Origin: Octopus bimaculoides
Lineage: Eukaryota
Assembly (NCBI RefSeq): GCF_001194135.2
Contig: NC_068993.1
Location: 46,132,994 to 46,178,286, forward strand
DNA: 45,293 bases
Direction of reading: 5' to 3'
The notes below the pieces were generated by a model. It searched no databases and had not been told where the DNA came from. It saw only the letters and a list, made by a program, of their open reading frames with translations. The translations under genes and the position numbers were made by a program. Below, one piece after another: positions 11,714 to 25,627 of the stretch. Position 1 is the first letter of the stretch, and every line of letters starts with the position of its first letter.

Positions 11714-12430
11714 AGGCAGCATCAGTAGTCATAGCAGCAGCAGTAAAGCTGACAGACGTGTTAAGCATACATGTGGAATATTGCACTTTACCGAGGGCTG
11801 GACCAATGATAGCGTCAATAAGTAGACGCGAGCTTGGAATCTTCAGTAGAAGCAAACGTTTACTCAGTGAAGCATTTCTTCCGAATTCCCCAAGGATTTA
11901 TCTCTGCAGGAAAATAAAATTAAATATATAATACGATTATATCAACTTCAGACAACTTCAAAAACAAAACAACAGCAAAAACAAAAAAAAAACAAAAACA
12001 CAAGACATCACAAAATCACAAACATAAACCCATACAAATATGTAAAGTTAAGATGCAAAAGATTTGCTGCGCAGAAGGAAAAGTAGGTACCTATATGCAC
12101 ATACAGACATATACACCCACACACATACACACACAGACACGCACATATACACACACATACACACGCATAGACGCACAGACTCTATGCATGCGTACATTTA
12201 CAGGCAATATATAGACAAACGTGCACATAAACACGTACACTTCAGATATATACATCCATAGCACTACTGATTTCTACCTACAAATATAAGTGTGTATATT
12301 ACTTCCGTAAAACTGTATGCATATGTAATATACTCACGCAAACAAACGCATATATACACACAATTCCCTCCACCCATATGTATGTAAAATGTATATATAT
12401 ATCATGCATATATATGTGTGTATATATATA

Positions 12431-12462
<32 letters not shown>

Positions 12463-13679
12463 NNNNNNNNNNNNNNNNNNNNNNNNNNNNNNNNNNNNNN
12501 NNNNNNNNNNNNNNNNNNNNNNNNNNNNNNNNNNNNNNNNNNNNNNNNNNNNNNNNNNNNNNNNNNNNNNNNNNNNNNNNNNNNNNNNNNNNNNNNNNNN
12601 NNNNNNNNNNNNNNNNNNNNNNNNNNNNNNNNNNNNNNNNNNNNNNNNNNNNNNNNNNNNNNNNNNNNNNNNNNNNNNNNNNNNNNNNNNNNNNNNNNNN
12701 NNNNNNNNNNNNNNNNNNNNNNNNNNNNNNNNNNNNNNNNNNNNNNNNNNNNNNNNNNNNNNNNNNNNNNNNNNNNNNNNNNNNNNNNNNNNNNNNNNNN
12801 NNNNNNNNNNNNNNNNNNNNNNNNNNNNNNNNNNNNNNNNNNNNNNNNNNNNNNNNNNNNNNNNNNNNNNNNNNNNNNNNNNNNNNNNNNNNNNNNNNNN
12901 NNNNNNNNNNNNNNNNNNNNNNNNNNNNNNNNNNNNNNNNNNNNNNNNNNNNNNNNNNNNNNNNNNNNNNNNNNNNNNNNNNNNNNNNNNNNNNNNNNNN
13001 NNNNNNNNNNNNNNNNNNNNNNNNNNNNNNNNNNNNNNNNNNNNNNNNNNNNNNNNNNNNNNNNNNNNNNNNNNNNNNNNNNNNNNNNNNNNNNNNNNNN
13101 NNNNNNNNNNNNNNNNNNNNNNNNNNNNNNNNNNNNNNNNNNNNNNNNNNNNNNNNNNNNNNNNNNNNNNNNNNNNNNNNNNNNNNNNNNNNNNNNNNNN
13201 NNNNNNNNNNNNNNNNNNNNNNNNNNNNNNNNNNNNNNNNNNNNNNNNNNNNNNNNNNNNNNNNNNNNNNNNNNNNNNNNNNNNNNNNNNNNNNNNNNNN
13301 NNNNNNNNNNNNNNNNNNNNNNNNNNNNNNNNNNNNNNNNNNNNNNNNNNNNNNNNNNNNNNNNNNNNNNNNNNNNNNNNNNNNNNNNNNNNNNNNNNNN
13401 NNNNNNNNNNNNNNNNNNNNNNNNTATAATGTAGCAGAAAAGAAATAGACATTTTAAAGGCGAACATCTAAAGAAACTTTGAGACAGTTCGACTAAACTA
13501 GCATTAGGTTAACGCTTCGATAAGGAAAAACCTGTCTTAACTTTTCGAGTGTTACTCTTTCATCTGAAGAAAAGAGAAAGACGGAAGCAAAGGGAGAATG
13601 ATATATATGTATACAGAGAGAGACGGTGGAGTCAAACAAATAGATTGAATCAATGTCTGAAAGAAATTACAACAGGTAG

Positions 13680-14030
13680 GAATCAGAGTTCAATTTTCGC
13701 CGAGGGCCACTATGACTTTCATCGTTTCGGATGGCAATAAAACAAGTACCAGTTGTATACTGGGATCGTTGAGATGGACTTCCGAAAATTGCTTGCCATT
13801 TTTACGGAGGCGGTAAACAGGTAAAACTGTTAGCACACCTGGGAAAACATGCTTTGCGGCATTTCATCCATCTATAACGTTTTGAGTTCAAGTTCCGTCG
13901 AGGTGAACTTTGCCGTTTATCATTTCGGCGCGGATAAAATAAGTACCAGCAAAGCACTTAGGTCAATATAATCGACTAGCACCAACCACCAAATTTCAGG
14001 CTCAATATCATCATTGATATTCAAGATACA
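13680..14030 (+). mobile_element. Two tandem SINE family B copies (partial, then near-full)
   Basis: Repeated gagttcaa..ccg.cgagg..tttcatc.tttcgg..ataaaa.aagtaccag blocks; B-box-like GAGTTCAAGTTCC near 13885. Confidence 0.8.
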
Positions 14031-14741
14031 ACACATATATTTTTCAATTATATACATTCATACTCACGGTCGAACATATATATATATATATATATATATG
14101 CGCATAATGTATATATGTATATATATATAATATACATACGTATATTATATGTATATATATGCAAACCATAGTTACGTTTGAATGCACTCCAACATATCTT
14201 GTTTGAGTATACATTTGTGTATGCAAGTAAATAGGTAACGCTTACCAAGTTGTTTGAATGAAAATCTCCCTATAATTAATGATTCAGAAGGTATGGGGCG
14301 AAAATTTCCGGATGTATAAAAAAGAAACCGTTAAAAGCTATGCAAGGGAATCGAAACACCCTTGTATTGCTTTTGTAGCGAAGTGCACCAAAACCCATCC
14401 CACCCCAGACTTTTAACCAGAGAAGAAACTTTAATCGTACAACGGTTAAATGGAGTTTGGTTAACTATATATCATAATTTATAAGTTTGGACAAATATGG
14501 ACGTAAATCTCTGCTACGAAATTGTTCGGATGCAAATATAACTATATTAGTTCACTTTATACTGAGAGAAATCCGTTTCGACGGAAAAAGTTGATGTATA
14601 TGTATTTATATATGTAAGTATATGTTTGTATGTATGTCAGACTCACACCCACTTTCTCTTTCCTTCTCTCTCTTTCCTTCTCTCTCTTTCCTTCTCTCTC
14701 TTTCTTTCTTTCTCCCTCTCTCTCTCTCTATTTATATACAC

Positions 14742-14774
<33 letters not shown>

Positions 14775-16319
14775 TATATATGTGTGTATATGTGTGTGTG
14801 TTAAAACTACATACATACTATAAATGTGTAGGTAGGTAGGTATGCATATTGTATTTCCTCTTTCTCTTCATTCGTAATCGTATTGTCCATATCAATTCCG
14901 TAAATGAGAAAAACAATATTTTTAATTCTTATATTCTCATAAATGTTGTTTCTCTGTAAACTTTGTCTAACCCCATAGAACAAATAACTCCCATTACGTG
15001 AATGAACCATCAAATAAAAACAATAAAAGTTTCTTATCACTGATGTCTGAAGAGTTTGGACAGAAAATACGTTTACTTAATATCTTTCACAAATCTTAAC
15101 AGAGTAGGAAGTCGCCGTCAATAGTAGAAATTTAAGATATCATTATGTTTATTTCTATCGTAACTACTTCAGACCGAAGAAAAGACATTTAAATAAAAAG
15201 AACCCGTGTTTATGTACGTCCGTTATAAAACCATCACTCGTCTTATTATTCTACATCTCAGTTATCATTATTGTTTACAGCTAGTCTTCTGGCTTTTGAT
15301 TGGCTAAAGTCTTAGAACATCGGGGGAAAATATCTTGCATTTCTGTCGGGTCTTTTTAATTATGAGTTCAAATCCTATCATGTTGTACCATGATATATAA
15401 AGTATGCAAGAGGTATTTGTGGACATATGTAATAATAAAAACAATTCTAATCCAGCAAAATCTAAATGTATTTTAATAAAAACATGTGCATATGCTCTCG
15501 ATAAGATTACTTTCGAGATTGTTGTATCAATATGCCCTCAGTTTCAATGATTGTTTAAATGCGGGACGAAAATCTTTGACATACTAACACTAAATATTCC
15601 TTATTTAATACGCCAGATAAATTTTGGTGTGTGTGTCCGTATAGAGTCCGAACGTTTAGAATGTTTTTCTCTTTGATACACTTGAAACATTCCCACCATA
15701 GGCTTCCAATTCTACCCGAACATTCGTACAAAAGATATAACACTACAGGTTCTAGTCGGAAAAGGGAAACGCATGTGCTCGATTTCCAGTTCTGAAAACG
15801 TGGTAACTTTTCGGCCAAGTTTGGATCTATGGTGATGTGACAAGCGGATTTATGAAGTTAGTTATATCTGAGACTTACTGTTGATGGATTTGGTGATGTT
15901 CGTACGCTCCTGCTATTTTTTCTAGCTTCTTCAGGTAACAAGGTCTCGGACGGCTGTCGCTTCCACACGCTCAACAGGTAGGTATTCTGCTTTATATCGC
16001 TAGTGTCACAGTATTTTGTCTCGACAATATATAGTTTTTGCTACCGAGAATCTAACCTGCTGTGCGTATCATGTCGCAAGTTTGGCAACGAGAATATTGA
16101 CGATAATAATGATGACAATTACAACTTCTTGCATCGAATGTTGAGATTAGTTCAATTATTTTATTAACAGTAATCCCATTGGATAGAATCTATTAGAAAG
16201 TAATAACAATCGTAAGGATAAAATTACTTCTCGCAAAACCACTAATTTTTTCATATTTTCATGATTATTTTGTTATAACACTGTACCGATGAACCTTACC
16301 AAAAAAGCCGCTGCTGCGA

Positions 16320-16328
16320 CTACTACTT

Positions 16329-16384
<56 letters not shown>

Positions 16385-16403
16385 GCTACTACTACTACTA
16401 CTA
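16320..16403 (+). repeat. (CTA)n microsatellite
   Basis: Directly visible. Confidence 0.97.
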
Positions 16404-17914
16404 CAACGAACATGATATATTGATTTTTACATATTTCGTTTATTTACTCTCACAGTCTTATAGAATACCGATACATGTCCTTCTAGCTCTGTTATTTATA
16501 TATTTAATTATCTTATTTCTTTTATTGTGGTGTGGAAAGTGAAATAATGGTAAAGTCTTACGCTATTTTATATTCCTATTTCCCTTTTATTCTCATCTTC
16601 ACCTTTCGCTTCATTTCTGATTCATTTTGTGTTTGTTTGTTCAGGTTTTCATACCTATTTATACATATATTTGTCCCTACTTCATTCTAATATATTTGTC
16701 GCACGTTTTTTCTTCTTTATTTCTTCCTCTCTTCAACGTCTACAACTTGATTCTCAAGCTTTGTAAATGCTATTCATATTCCCATTCTTTTTTTCCTTTC
16801 CTTCTATCTCTGAAACATAGAAAGTCCTTACTTTGCTTTGTTATATATTTCCCTTTTCTGTATCAATCGTGTATGTTCTTTTTTCTCTCTTTTCCCTTCT
16901 TTTCATTCAACGTCAACAATTTGATTCTCATCGTTTGTGAAAGCTACTCGTAAACCCTTCGTCTTTCTTTCATCAATCCAACGAATACTCACGTACACTC
17001 CACACCAGCATTCCACCTTCCGCGTTTTTGTTCGTTAAATAAATAAATACTTTGGTTTTGGTTTTGGTTATTGATACAGAGATAAGATGTTTGCTAATAA
17101 GAACTTACAGTTTAGGGACCTTGCACTGATAGAAACCTAACTAATAAATGAGAAATGACTTCTGTGAAAGGAATTATATCGGAGATTTTTTTGATATAGT
17201 ACTAGTTCCTAAGGATGCATTCCGTACTTTATTTATTTATTTTTTTTTACCTGAGGGGAATTTTAAAAACATTCATTGAATTCTATATGTATTTTGTACT
17301 GAGGCTTCTATATTGTACACACACACACACACACGTATATGTATACACACACACANNNNNNNNNNNNNNNNNNNNNNNNNNNNNNNNNNNNNNNNNNNNN
17401 NNNNNNNNNNNNNNNNNNNNNNNNNNNNNNNNNNNNNNNNNNNNNNNNNNNNNNNNNNNNNNNNNNNNNNNNNNNNNNNNNNNNNNNNNNNNNNNNNNNN
17501 NNNNNNNNNNNNNNNNNNNNNNNNNNNNNNNNNNNNNNNNNNNNNNNNNNNNNNNNNNNNNNNNNNNNNNNNNNNNNNNNNNNNNNNNNNNNNNNNNNNN
17601 NNNNNNNNNNNNNNNNNNNNNNNNNNNNNNNNNNNNNNNNNNNNNNNNNNNNNNNNNNNNNNNNNNNNNNNNNNNNNNNNNNNNNNNNNNNNNNNNNNNN
17701 NNNNNNNNNNNNNNNNNNNNNNNNNNNNNNNNNNNNNNNNNNNNNNNNNNNNNNNNNNNNNNNNNNNNNNNNNNNNNNNNNNNNNNNNNNNNNNNNNNNN
17801 NNNNNNNNNNNNNNNNNNNNNNNNNNNNNNNNNNNNNNNNNNNNNNNNNNNNNNNNNNNNNNNNNNNNNNNNNNNNNNNNNNNNNNNNNNNNNNNNNNNN
17901 NNNNNNNNNNNNNN

Positions 17915-17952
<38 letters not shown>

Positions 17953-19682
17953 ATGCATACTTTGCAGTGTATGCGTGTAAATAATTGCCCGCACGTATGT
18001 ATGTGTAGATGTTTATATGAATATATGTTACGTATATTACCTGTGTAAAAAGAAAAGGTATACAGCGCAATACGTGAAATAAAATATCTACATTGTTATT
18101 AATCGAGGATTTGCAGATACTAAGGGGACAAGAGTTTCGTTCCAGTGTCCTGATTGACTAATAGTTATGTGTGAATGCATGCACGTTTATAACTATGCAT
18201 GCTCAAATACATACACGTACGCGACTATGAACACACGCACATATATATGAATGTGCGGGTCGCATGTAGTTCTTTACTTGATTTTCTTCTTGCTATGGTA
18301 AATGCAAAACGAAGCGCACTTTAATAATACAACCTGGTGCATGGATGGCTTTACCGGAGTCAATATCACTGCAAGGATCGACACCACACACTCGCTAACG
18401 ATTATTCGATTTCATAATGCGATCCCTTCCATTTGTCCCAGCTTATAAACCATAGCTTATTTTCCTCCATCTCTCGTAGTGTTCTCGAGTTTGATGTATG
18501 TTTTCCCTCGATAAAGCATTAAAAACTCTATGTGTTTTAGGTCACGGTAAACACATTAATTTCTTATTCTTTGCTGTGGCAACATTTCTCAGCGCCTAAA
18601 TCTACAAAACATATAGCTCACCAACATCAAACAACAACAAAAATCCTGCACCAGAGATATAAAGACGATTTATCGTATTTCATAGCATAAAAGACTCATG
18701 GATATATATATATATATATAAAACCTAATTTATAATCCTAATTTCAGCAGCACCAATTCGGCAAAAAATGATTAGTGCATTAAATGTTATGAGAAGCTTA
18801 ACTTTGCATATAGGACCGGGCTGGCGACTTGGAGGCAATTGTTAGGGGAGAAAAACAATGCGTCTTATATGCTATCAAATACGGTATTTGAATCAACTTG
18901 TTAAGAAAGGCTCCAGAAAGATAGAACGCTGCATACATTATTCTGCCAGAATAATAGGAAAGTTTTCTAAACCTCCGTTTATACGAAATATTATATCGTT
19001 GCATAACACTAGAATCTCTGGCCGAATTATAAATAGAACAAGTAAAACAATAAATGAAATCAAAGAATGGCTGAGACGTGGTCCTTAGATTGGTACATAC
19101 CGAATAACTACATAGAGTATCGATACCACTGCACTGCAGCTGATAATACGGTTATACTTTTTCTTATACCGGCCAAATGAAATAAATTTAGTGTACCAAT
19201 ATCGTCACAAGCAAATTTGTACTCATTTCTCGAAACTCATCAGCCAGAAAAAAAATATTGATGTTGTAAAGTCTATTTTAAACAAAGCTTCCCCAATTCA
19301 TAACTTTAAAACTCTGTGATTTATGTTTAATTGAGAAATATAATTAGTTAGTGGGTAATGTTTAGCCATTCGGAATTAACTGAATTTATCGGTCATTTGT
19401 CTGTATTATTCGTTGCAATCTCTGCGTAACACTTAGCATACATCTTTCCGAGAGTACACTTGTTTCTACTCAACCCCAAGCAGATATATTTTCGGAGGTT
19501 ATTTTCTGATTATTAGAATTAAGATGATACGCAAAATACAAATAATAATGAATGAATATTTAATATCAGTCTAGTGATTATATTTGTTAATTAGCTCTTC
19601 TTCAGTCTTGCCCGACAAGACCGATTATCAAAGTTATTCAGGTCATGACTATCCCGATATTTAATTATTATATAAATTTCAA

Positions 19683-19885
19683 ATTTTGGGATAAGGCTTG
19701 AAATTTCGGGGGAGGATGTAAGTTGATTACGTCGACTCCAGCGCTCAACTGGCACTTATTTTATCGATCTCGAAAGGATGAAAGTTAAAGTTAACATTTA
19801 CAGAATTAAGACTCAGAGCGTAAAGATTGACGAAATGCCGCTAAGCATTTCTCTCGGTCTACTAACGATTCTTCCAACGTCCGCC
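19683..19885 (-). mobile_element. SINE family B, near-full copy
   Basis: Reverse complement reads ggcggacgttggaagaatcgttag..gaaatgcttagcggcatttcg..ctctgag..ctttcatcctttcg..gataaaataagtgccagttgagcgctggagtcg. Confidence 0.8.
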
Positions 19886-20127
19886 TTAATTATTCAGGCC
19901 TAATATAACCTAGTATATATCATCCATTGTAGTACAGATGTATGGTTTAATTTCTGGACCGGTCAACACGTTTTATACTGAAATAAATCAAGTCTTCATT
20001 TCAGTTTACTCCAAATGACTCAGCTATAAATGAAAGCAACTCTCCAACGCGAGCCATTCACGTCTCCATGGGTCAGTCGTGGGAGAGCCGAGAAATTAAT
20101 TATGTCTACTCGCGGCTACATACGTAA

Positions 20128-20526
20128 CTCTCTTTCACTCTTTTACTTGTTTCAGTCATTTGAGTGTGGTCATGCTGGAGCACCGCCTTTAATCGAGCAA
20201 ATCGACCCCAGGACTTATTCTTTGTAAACCTAGTACTTATTCTATCAGTCTCTTTTGCTGAACCGCTAAGTTACGGGGACATAAACACACCAGCATCGGT
20301 TGTCAAGTGATGTTGGGGGGGGGATAACACAGACACACAAACATATACACACACATACATATACATATATACGACGGGCTTCTTTCAGTTTCCGTCTACC
20401 AAATCCACTCACAAGGCTTTGGTCGGCCCATGACTATAGTGGAAGACACTTGCCTAAGGTGCCACGCAGTGGAAGTGAACCATATAGTTCGTAAGCAAGC
20501 TACTTACCACACAGCCACTCCTCCGC
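20128..20526 (-). mobile_element. Full-length tRNA-head SINE family A
   Basis: Minus strand shows A-box-like TGGCTGTGTGG, B-box-like GGTTCACTTCC, core GGATTTGGTAGACGGAAACTGAAAGAAGCCCGTCG, an internal (TA)(TG) tract and tail ..ATGACTGAAACAAGTAAAAGAG. At least five other partial copies occur in the window. Confidence 0.9.
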
Positions 20527-21864
20527 TTATGACTTACTACACAGCTAGTCCTACGTCTATGCAAATTACCAATAGCTCGGTACGAGATACCGAACAAGAA
20601 GCGTTTGCGAGTGTTGGTATGTACAATGCATTACATCCTTTCATCTTTTCCGGCTGTCATATCTTAAGAAATAAGAAAACATAAACAGTCTTCTTCGTTA
20701 GTTTTATTTTCGTTTTGATGTTTAAGAGAATTCTCTTGAGATGAGGCTGTAATTCCTCCTAGGTAGAAAGATCAAGATATCAAATCGACATAAGTTTTAA
20801 GAATAATTAGGGAATAACTATTTCTTATAGAGACACAAGACCTGGACTTTAAGAAAAGGATTAGCTGAAACGATACTTGTTTGCTAGTGCAGTTTATTAA
20901 CCACCGAGTGATGGAAGGAAAAGTTTACCATGGCGAGATTTGAGCTCTGAGAGTAGAATTGGAACAAATATCGTATGGCATTTCTTCTCCTGACAAAGTA
21001 TGAAGCTATGTTGGCTTAAACAACCAGCCTTAGTATTCTGTGTAACCACGATACTACGTTAATGCAATCGTAGATAGAAACCATTCTCTCAAGACTTGAT
21101 TCGTTGCTAAAATTATGGAAATGCTAAAGCAATTATTTATATACGCATACACATTCCATCTGCGAAATATCTAACACAAATCAAATCAACAATAGAAGAT
21201 ACCCCCGACATATTGCACATTGGATTCAAAAAATGAGATGATGTGGTTGGAAAATTAATTTCTTAACCACACAGCCATACTTGCAGCCATTTACATTAAT
21301 GCTTTGGTTGTTTGTTTCTTATGTTTTGTTTTCATACGCATATTTGCTTGCAGTAAAATAAACTGAGAGAAAAAAATAATATTCGGTATTTACACCTTGT
21401 CGAACATGGAGTAAAAATTGCAAACTGTGAAAGAAATAACGAATATGTTTCCACTTCAAAGAAACAAACAAAAATGAAGAATCATGCATATATAAGGTGT
21501 AAATATATCAGAAATCACAAGTGCGAAGAAATCGTGTCAAAATCGAGGTCTGTTGCTGTAGAGACAACAATATATGCTGTGGATATCGTTGAGACATGCT
21601 GTCTAGTTGTAATTATACTGAGGTGTTAGCTACAAATAAATGTAATACTTTGTGTAAGATTCGACAAGTTTTCTCCATTTGCTAAATATAACTTACGAAA
21701 TATCCCGCATATTATACAAAAACGGCTGAAATATACAACAGTATAAACAGTCCCGAATACATCCCGCCAAAAAGAATTCAGGGATTGTCATCGTTTGAAG
21801 ATCTTTACTGAGAAGTTTCTCTGATCATGCCCAGCATAAAGTTAAACAATAACAACAAGCAGCA

Positions 21865-22020
21865 TTTTGTCCGTTTTCACGTTCAAATTCCGCCGAGGAC
21901 GTCTTTGCCTTTCATCTTTTCGGAGTCAATAAACTAAGTTCCGAATGATCACTGGGTCTATGCAATCGGCTTACTCCTCATCCGAACTTGCTGGCCTTAT
22001 GCCAAAATTTGAAATCAATA
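21865..22020 (+). mobile_element. SINE family B copy
   Basis: gttcaaattccgccgagg..tttgcctttcatc.tttcgg.gtc.ataaa..ggccttatgccaaaatttgaaa. Confidence 0.8.
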
Positions 22021-22369
22021 TCAACAATATGGAGCTGAAATCAGTATTAACAATATGGTCAAATCTAGAGGGAAGTTGAAGAAAATACCGTATAGTTTTT
22101 AGTCATGTACTTCCACGCACTTAACCGGAAATCAGCCGAGGCCGACATTGTTCTTCTTCCTTCTAAGTTCAACAACATAAGGTATCTCAAACTGCTTACA
22201 GACCACAAAATAAAGTTGAATTCAGCCTGCCTTAGAAATTACTATTCACGCATGTCAATCCAATGTGTGGGCTGGAATGTGATCAGTGAATCTACAAGAA
22301 ATTGCAACTAAGTCTTTGAATTACATCATACTCTACAGTCTTATAAATCGTTAAACGACATGTTTGGTA

Positions 22370-23110
22370 ATGTATTAGAAGGCTGTTAATGCGATAGGAC
22401 CAGAGAATGCCATTTTTCATGTCTACTCGAACATGGCTAACCTGGGGCTAAACAACAACAGTTAATATCAACCAACAATAAAATTAATTATCAGAAGACA
22501 TTTTCTTAAAAGTTTCCAATTTTTGATGAACGTTAAGTTTGCTACTGAAGATGTAAGGCTTTCCTCATCCACTTCCGCTAACGGCATAATTTCAAAGAGA
22601 AAACTGAAGGCGAGTTCTTTGTATTTCAAGTACTTCTTGAACATTAATTAATTGACTTCAGATTTTATTTAGTTTTAACACCTTTTATTGAAATGTTGCA
22701 AATTAACAAAATGATAAAACATTAACCAAGTGTTTTTACAGGCGTTAACTAAAAGATTCATTACGTTGTCAGTAAGTCTAATAAAAACAGCAGTTAGATC
22801 TTCCTCAAATTACATAGAAAATCACTTGAAAAAAGAAGAACAATTTAGATAATGTTTTATTAGATACTCCCCCACCACCACCACACAAAAAATCGGATGG
22901 TTGCGTCGGAACAGATTTTATTATAGTTCCATTTAATCAGAGCTGACCTGAGGCTAAACGAAAACAAAATCACCAATAACAGAAGCTGTTGGTGATTTGA
23001 TGTCTTGAAAAGGACACATTGGATAATGTACTAAAGGTATTATACATTTGATCATAGATCTGCACAGTTAGGGCTGACTTTTTAAACAGTAACAGATGGT
23101 ACCTGGATAA
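22370..23110 (+). mobile_element. Cluster of three decayed tails of one retroposon family
   Basis: ggctaacctggggctaaacaacaac (about 22435), gagctgacctgaggctaaacgaaaac (about 22940) and gggctgactttttaaacagtaac (about 23070) are mutually similar. Confidence 0.5.
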
Positions 23111-23707
23111 GATAGCTCTTGTTGCTACAGATAGGAGCTAGATCTTTCACAAGAAACTGACATCGCTAAAAAAACAGGAAGATCACATTGGATAATATAA
23201 TGATAAATGATACTTTGTCTCAGTACAGGACAGAATCTTCACGTTTGAAACATGTTTGTGATAAATCTATTAGNNNNNNNNNNNNNNNNNNNNNNNNNNN
23301 NNNNNNNNNNNNNNNNNNNNNNNNNNNNNNNNNNNNNNNNNNNNNNNNNNNNNNNNNNNNNNNNNNNNNNNNNNNNNNNNNNNNNNNNNNNNNNNNNNNN
23401 NNNNNNNNNNNNNNNNNNNNNNNNNNNNNNNNNNNNNNNNNNNNNNNNNNNNNNNNNNNNNNNNNNNNNNNNNNNNNNNNNNNNNNNNNNNNNNNNNNNN
23501 NNNNNNNNNNNNNNNNNNNNNNNNNNNNNNNNNNNNNNNNNNNNNNNNNNNNNNNNNNNNNNNNNNNNNNNNNNNNNNNNNNNNNNNNNNNNNNNNNNNN
23601 NNNNNNNNNNNNNNNNNNNNNNNNNNNNNNNNNNNNNNNNNNNNNNNNNNNNNNNNNNNNNNNNNNNNNNNNNNNNNNTATATATATATATATATATATA
23701 TATTATA

Positions 23708-23990
23708 CAGGGTTATTCAAAAAGAATGAACCGATTTCATTACGTAATATTTTAATAAAGAAATGCAATAGGAAACTCCAACTAAGTCACAAGTATTTGT
23801 TCACAATCAACTTTTATTTCCTGTCTAACAAGTGTCCAATGTGGCCTCCACCTGCAGCACGGGAAATATCAATGCAATAAGAGAATTCCTCCCAGACGTA
23901 GTTCAGCATATCAAGATCCACTGAATTGATCGCTGTTGTTATTCGATGTTTAAGGTCATCGAGGTTAGTGGGTAGCGGTGGAGTTTTCTC
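23708..23990 (-). mobile_element. Tc1/mariner-superfamily (maT/DD37D-like) transposon 3' fragment with right TIR
   Basis: TA|CAGGGTTATTCAAAAAGAATGAACCGATTTC terminus. Minus ORF PPLPTNLDDLKHRITTAINSVDLDMLNYVWEEFSYCIDISRAAGGGHIGHL is a typical C-terminus of this transposase group. The subfamily assignment is inference. Confidence 0.85.
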
Positions 23991-25627
23991 ACTACCCACT
24001 AACCTCCACTTGAATGAACCCCGAAACTTACAGTTAACCTATCACGTTTTTGAAGACAGAAGATATTGGAGTCGATGGAATATAGCTAGCATTTCTAGCA
24101 GATCGAGCGACAAGGCAGAGTCTTCGATGGGTATGGTAATTTTTTTTTAAAATGTAGTTGTTGTAGTCAGTCAAAATTGAACACACTTATCCTCAGGATG
24201 AAGTAATAAGTAAATGTATCTTTGAGCACATAATCTTATGAGCCCTTTCATTTAAGAAATCGGTAAAACAGATTTTGAGGTAGCTATGGCTGTTAATTTT
24301 AACCAGTGAAACAATCACACACAGGCTGACAGGTTTGCACGTTAAATTTTAAAATAAAACTTACAAAAAAAAAAAATGCTTTTACATTGATGAACGAAAA
24401 TATATTCATACTAAACGTGTGATTATATCCAGAACGAAGTCCCCAACAACCACCCCTTGCATCTGGAAAATTTACAGTATAGATTTCAATTTCAACACAA
24501 ACACATTTATTGTCAAGGATGAGAGGTTATTGATGTTTCAGTAGCAAAAGCAAGAAGGAAAAAAGAAAAAAAAATCCACAGCATATATAATGATTAGAAC
24601 AACAAAGTGGGTGCAGCGATTGGAATGATACCCATATAATATCCAAATATTTTGGAAATAGTAACCACACATCACCAAAAAGAACTTTACACACATACAC
24701 ATAAATATATATATGTTTGTATATATATGNNNNNNNNNNNNNNNNNNNNNNNNNNNNNNNNNNNNNNNNNNNNNNNNNNNNNNNNNNNNNNNNNNNNNNN
24801 NNNNNNNNNNNNNNNNNNNNNNNNNNNNNNNNNNNNNNNNNNNNNNNNNNNNNNNNNNNNNNNNNNNNNNNNNNNNNNNNNNNNNNNNNNNNNNNNNNNN
24901 NNNNNNNNNNNNNNNNNNNNNNNNNNNNNNNNNNNNNNNNNNNNNNNNNNNNNNNNNNNNNNNNNNNNNNNNNNNNNNNNNNNNNNNNNNNNNNNNNNNN
25001 NNNNNNNNNNNNNNNNNNNNNNNTATAATGTATATATATGTATGCATAGAGAGGGGGGAGAGAGAGAAACAGACAGACAAAAATAGACTCATTTCTTTGT
25101 ATATAAATAAATAAGATATTTATGCGTATGTATGAGTGTGTACAAACACGCTCGCACAGACTCATAGTATGAAAGAGAGATATGCAAACAGTGTACATAT
25201 TAAATACATAATGACATGCATATATAATGCTGTAAGTTTTTGTTTTTTTTTCAATGTATATCTCTATTATTCCACTGGTCAACGGCTTCAATCAAACTGA
25301 TGATTTATATTTGAATTTATTGTTTTGAAATATATTTTCGCGTGGATAAACTTGTACATCACAGAAAGCAACTTAGAGTACGTACATTGTCAGCTGATCA
25401 GTTAGAAATAGCAGACAATTCCAGCTCATATAACACGGTACCATTTTCAAACATCGAAACACATGGACAAATATAGGTCTTTCCCATGCCAGCATGGCAG
25501 GCGGACATTAAATGTTGATGTATCCTACATTTTAACCGAAAAGTCCTGTTGTTTCTTCACCCCTACCCTCTCCTTTTCTTGAGATCTTGACCTTTTGATC
25601 GCGCATCAATTTGTTGCATAATGCCTC

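Noticed and set aside
12334-13467. Long ORFs of 200-377 aa (also near 17.2, 23.2, 24.5, 30.1, 31.9, 34.1, 36.7 and 41.9 kb)
   Set aside because: They are open only because they span N gaps.
14340-14390. tRNA-like B-box on the minus strand (GTTTCGATTCCC)
   Set aside because: No cloverleaf; at most a decayed SINE head, not a tRNA gene.
18798-19135. Overlapping ORFs and possible minus-strand exons (AVVSILYVVIR; MQRYNIS..)
   Set aside because: No homology and no consistent exon chain.
21387-21505. 12-bp perfect inverted repeat TATTTACACCTT / AAGGTGTAAATA
   Set aside because: Short and AT-rich with no TSD; plausible by chance.
22090-22290. Minus-strand MSASADFRLSAWKYMTKNYT, reminiscent of MSMO1 AWNYMLNNYT
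   Set aside because: Only about 10 residues match, the donor is weak, and the expected following KFQIATWGSLIVHE sequence was not found.
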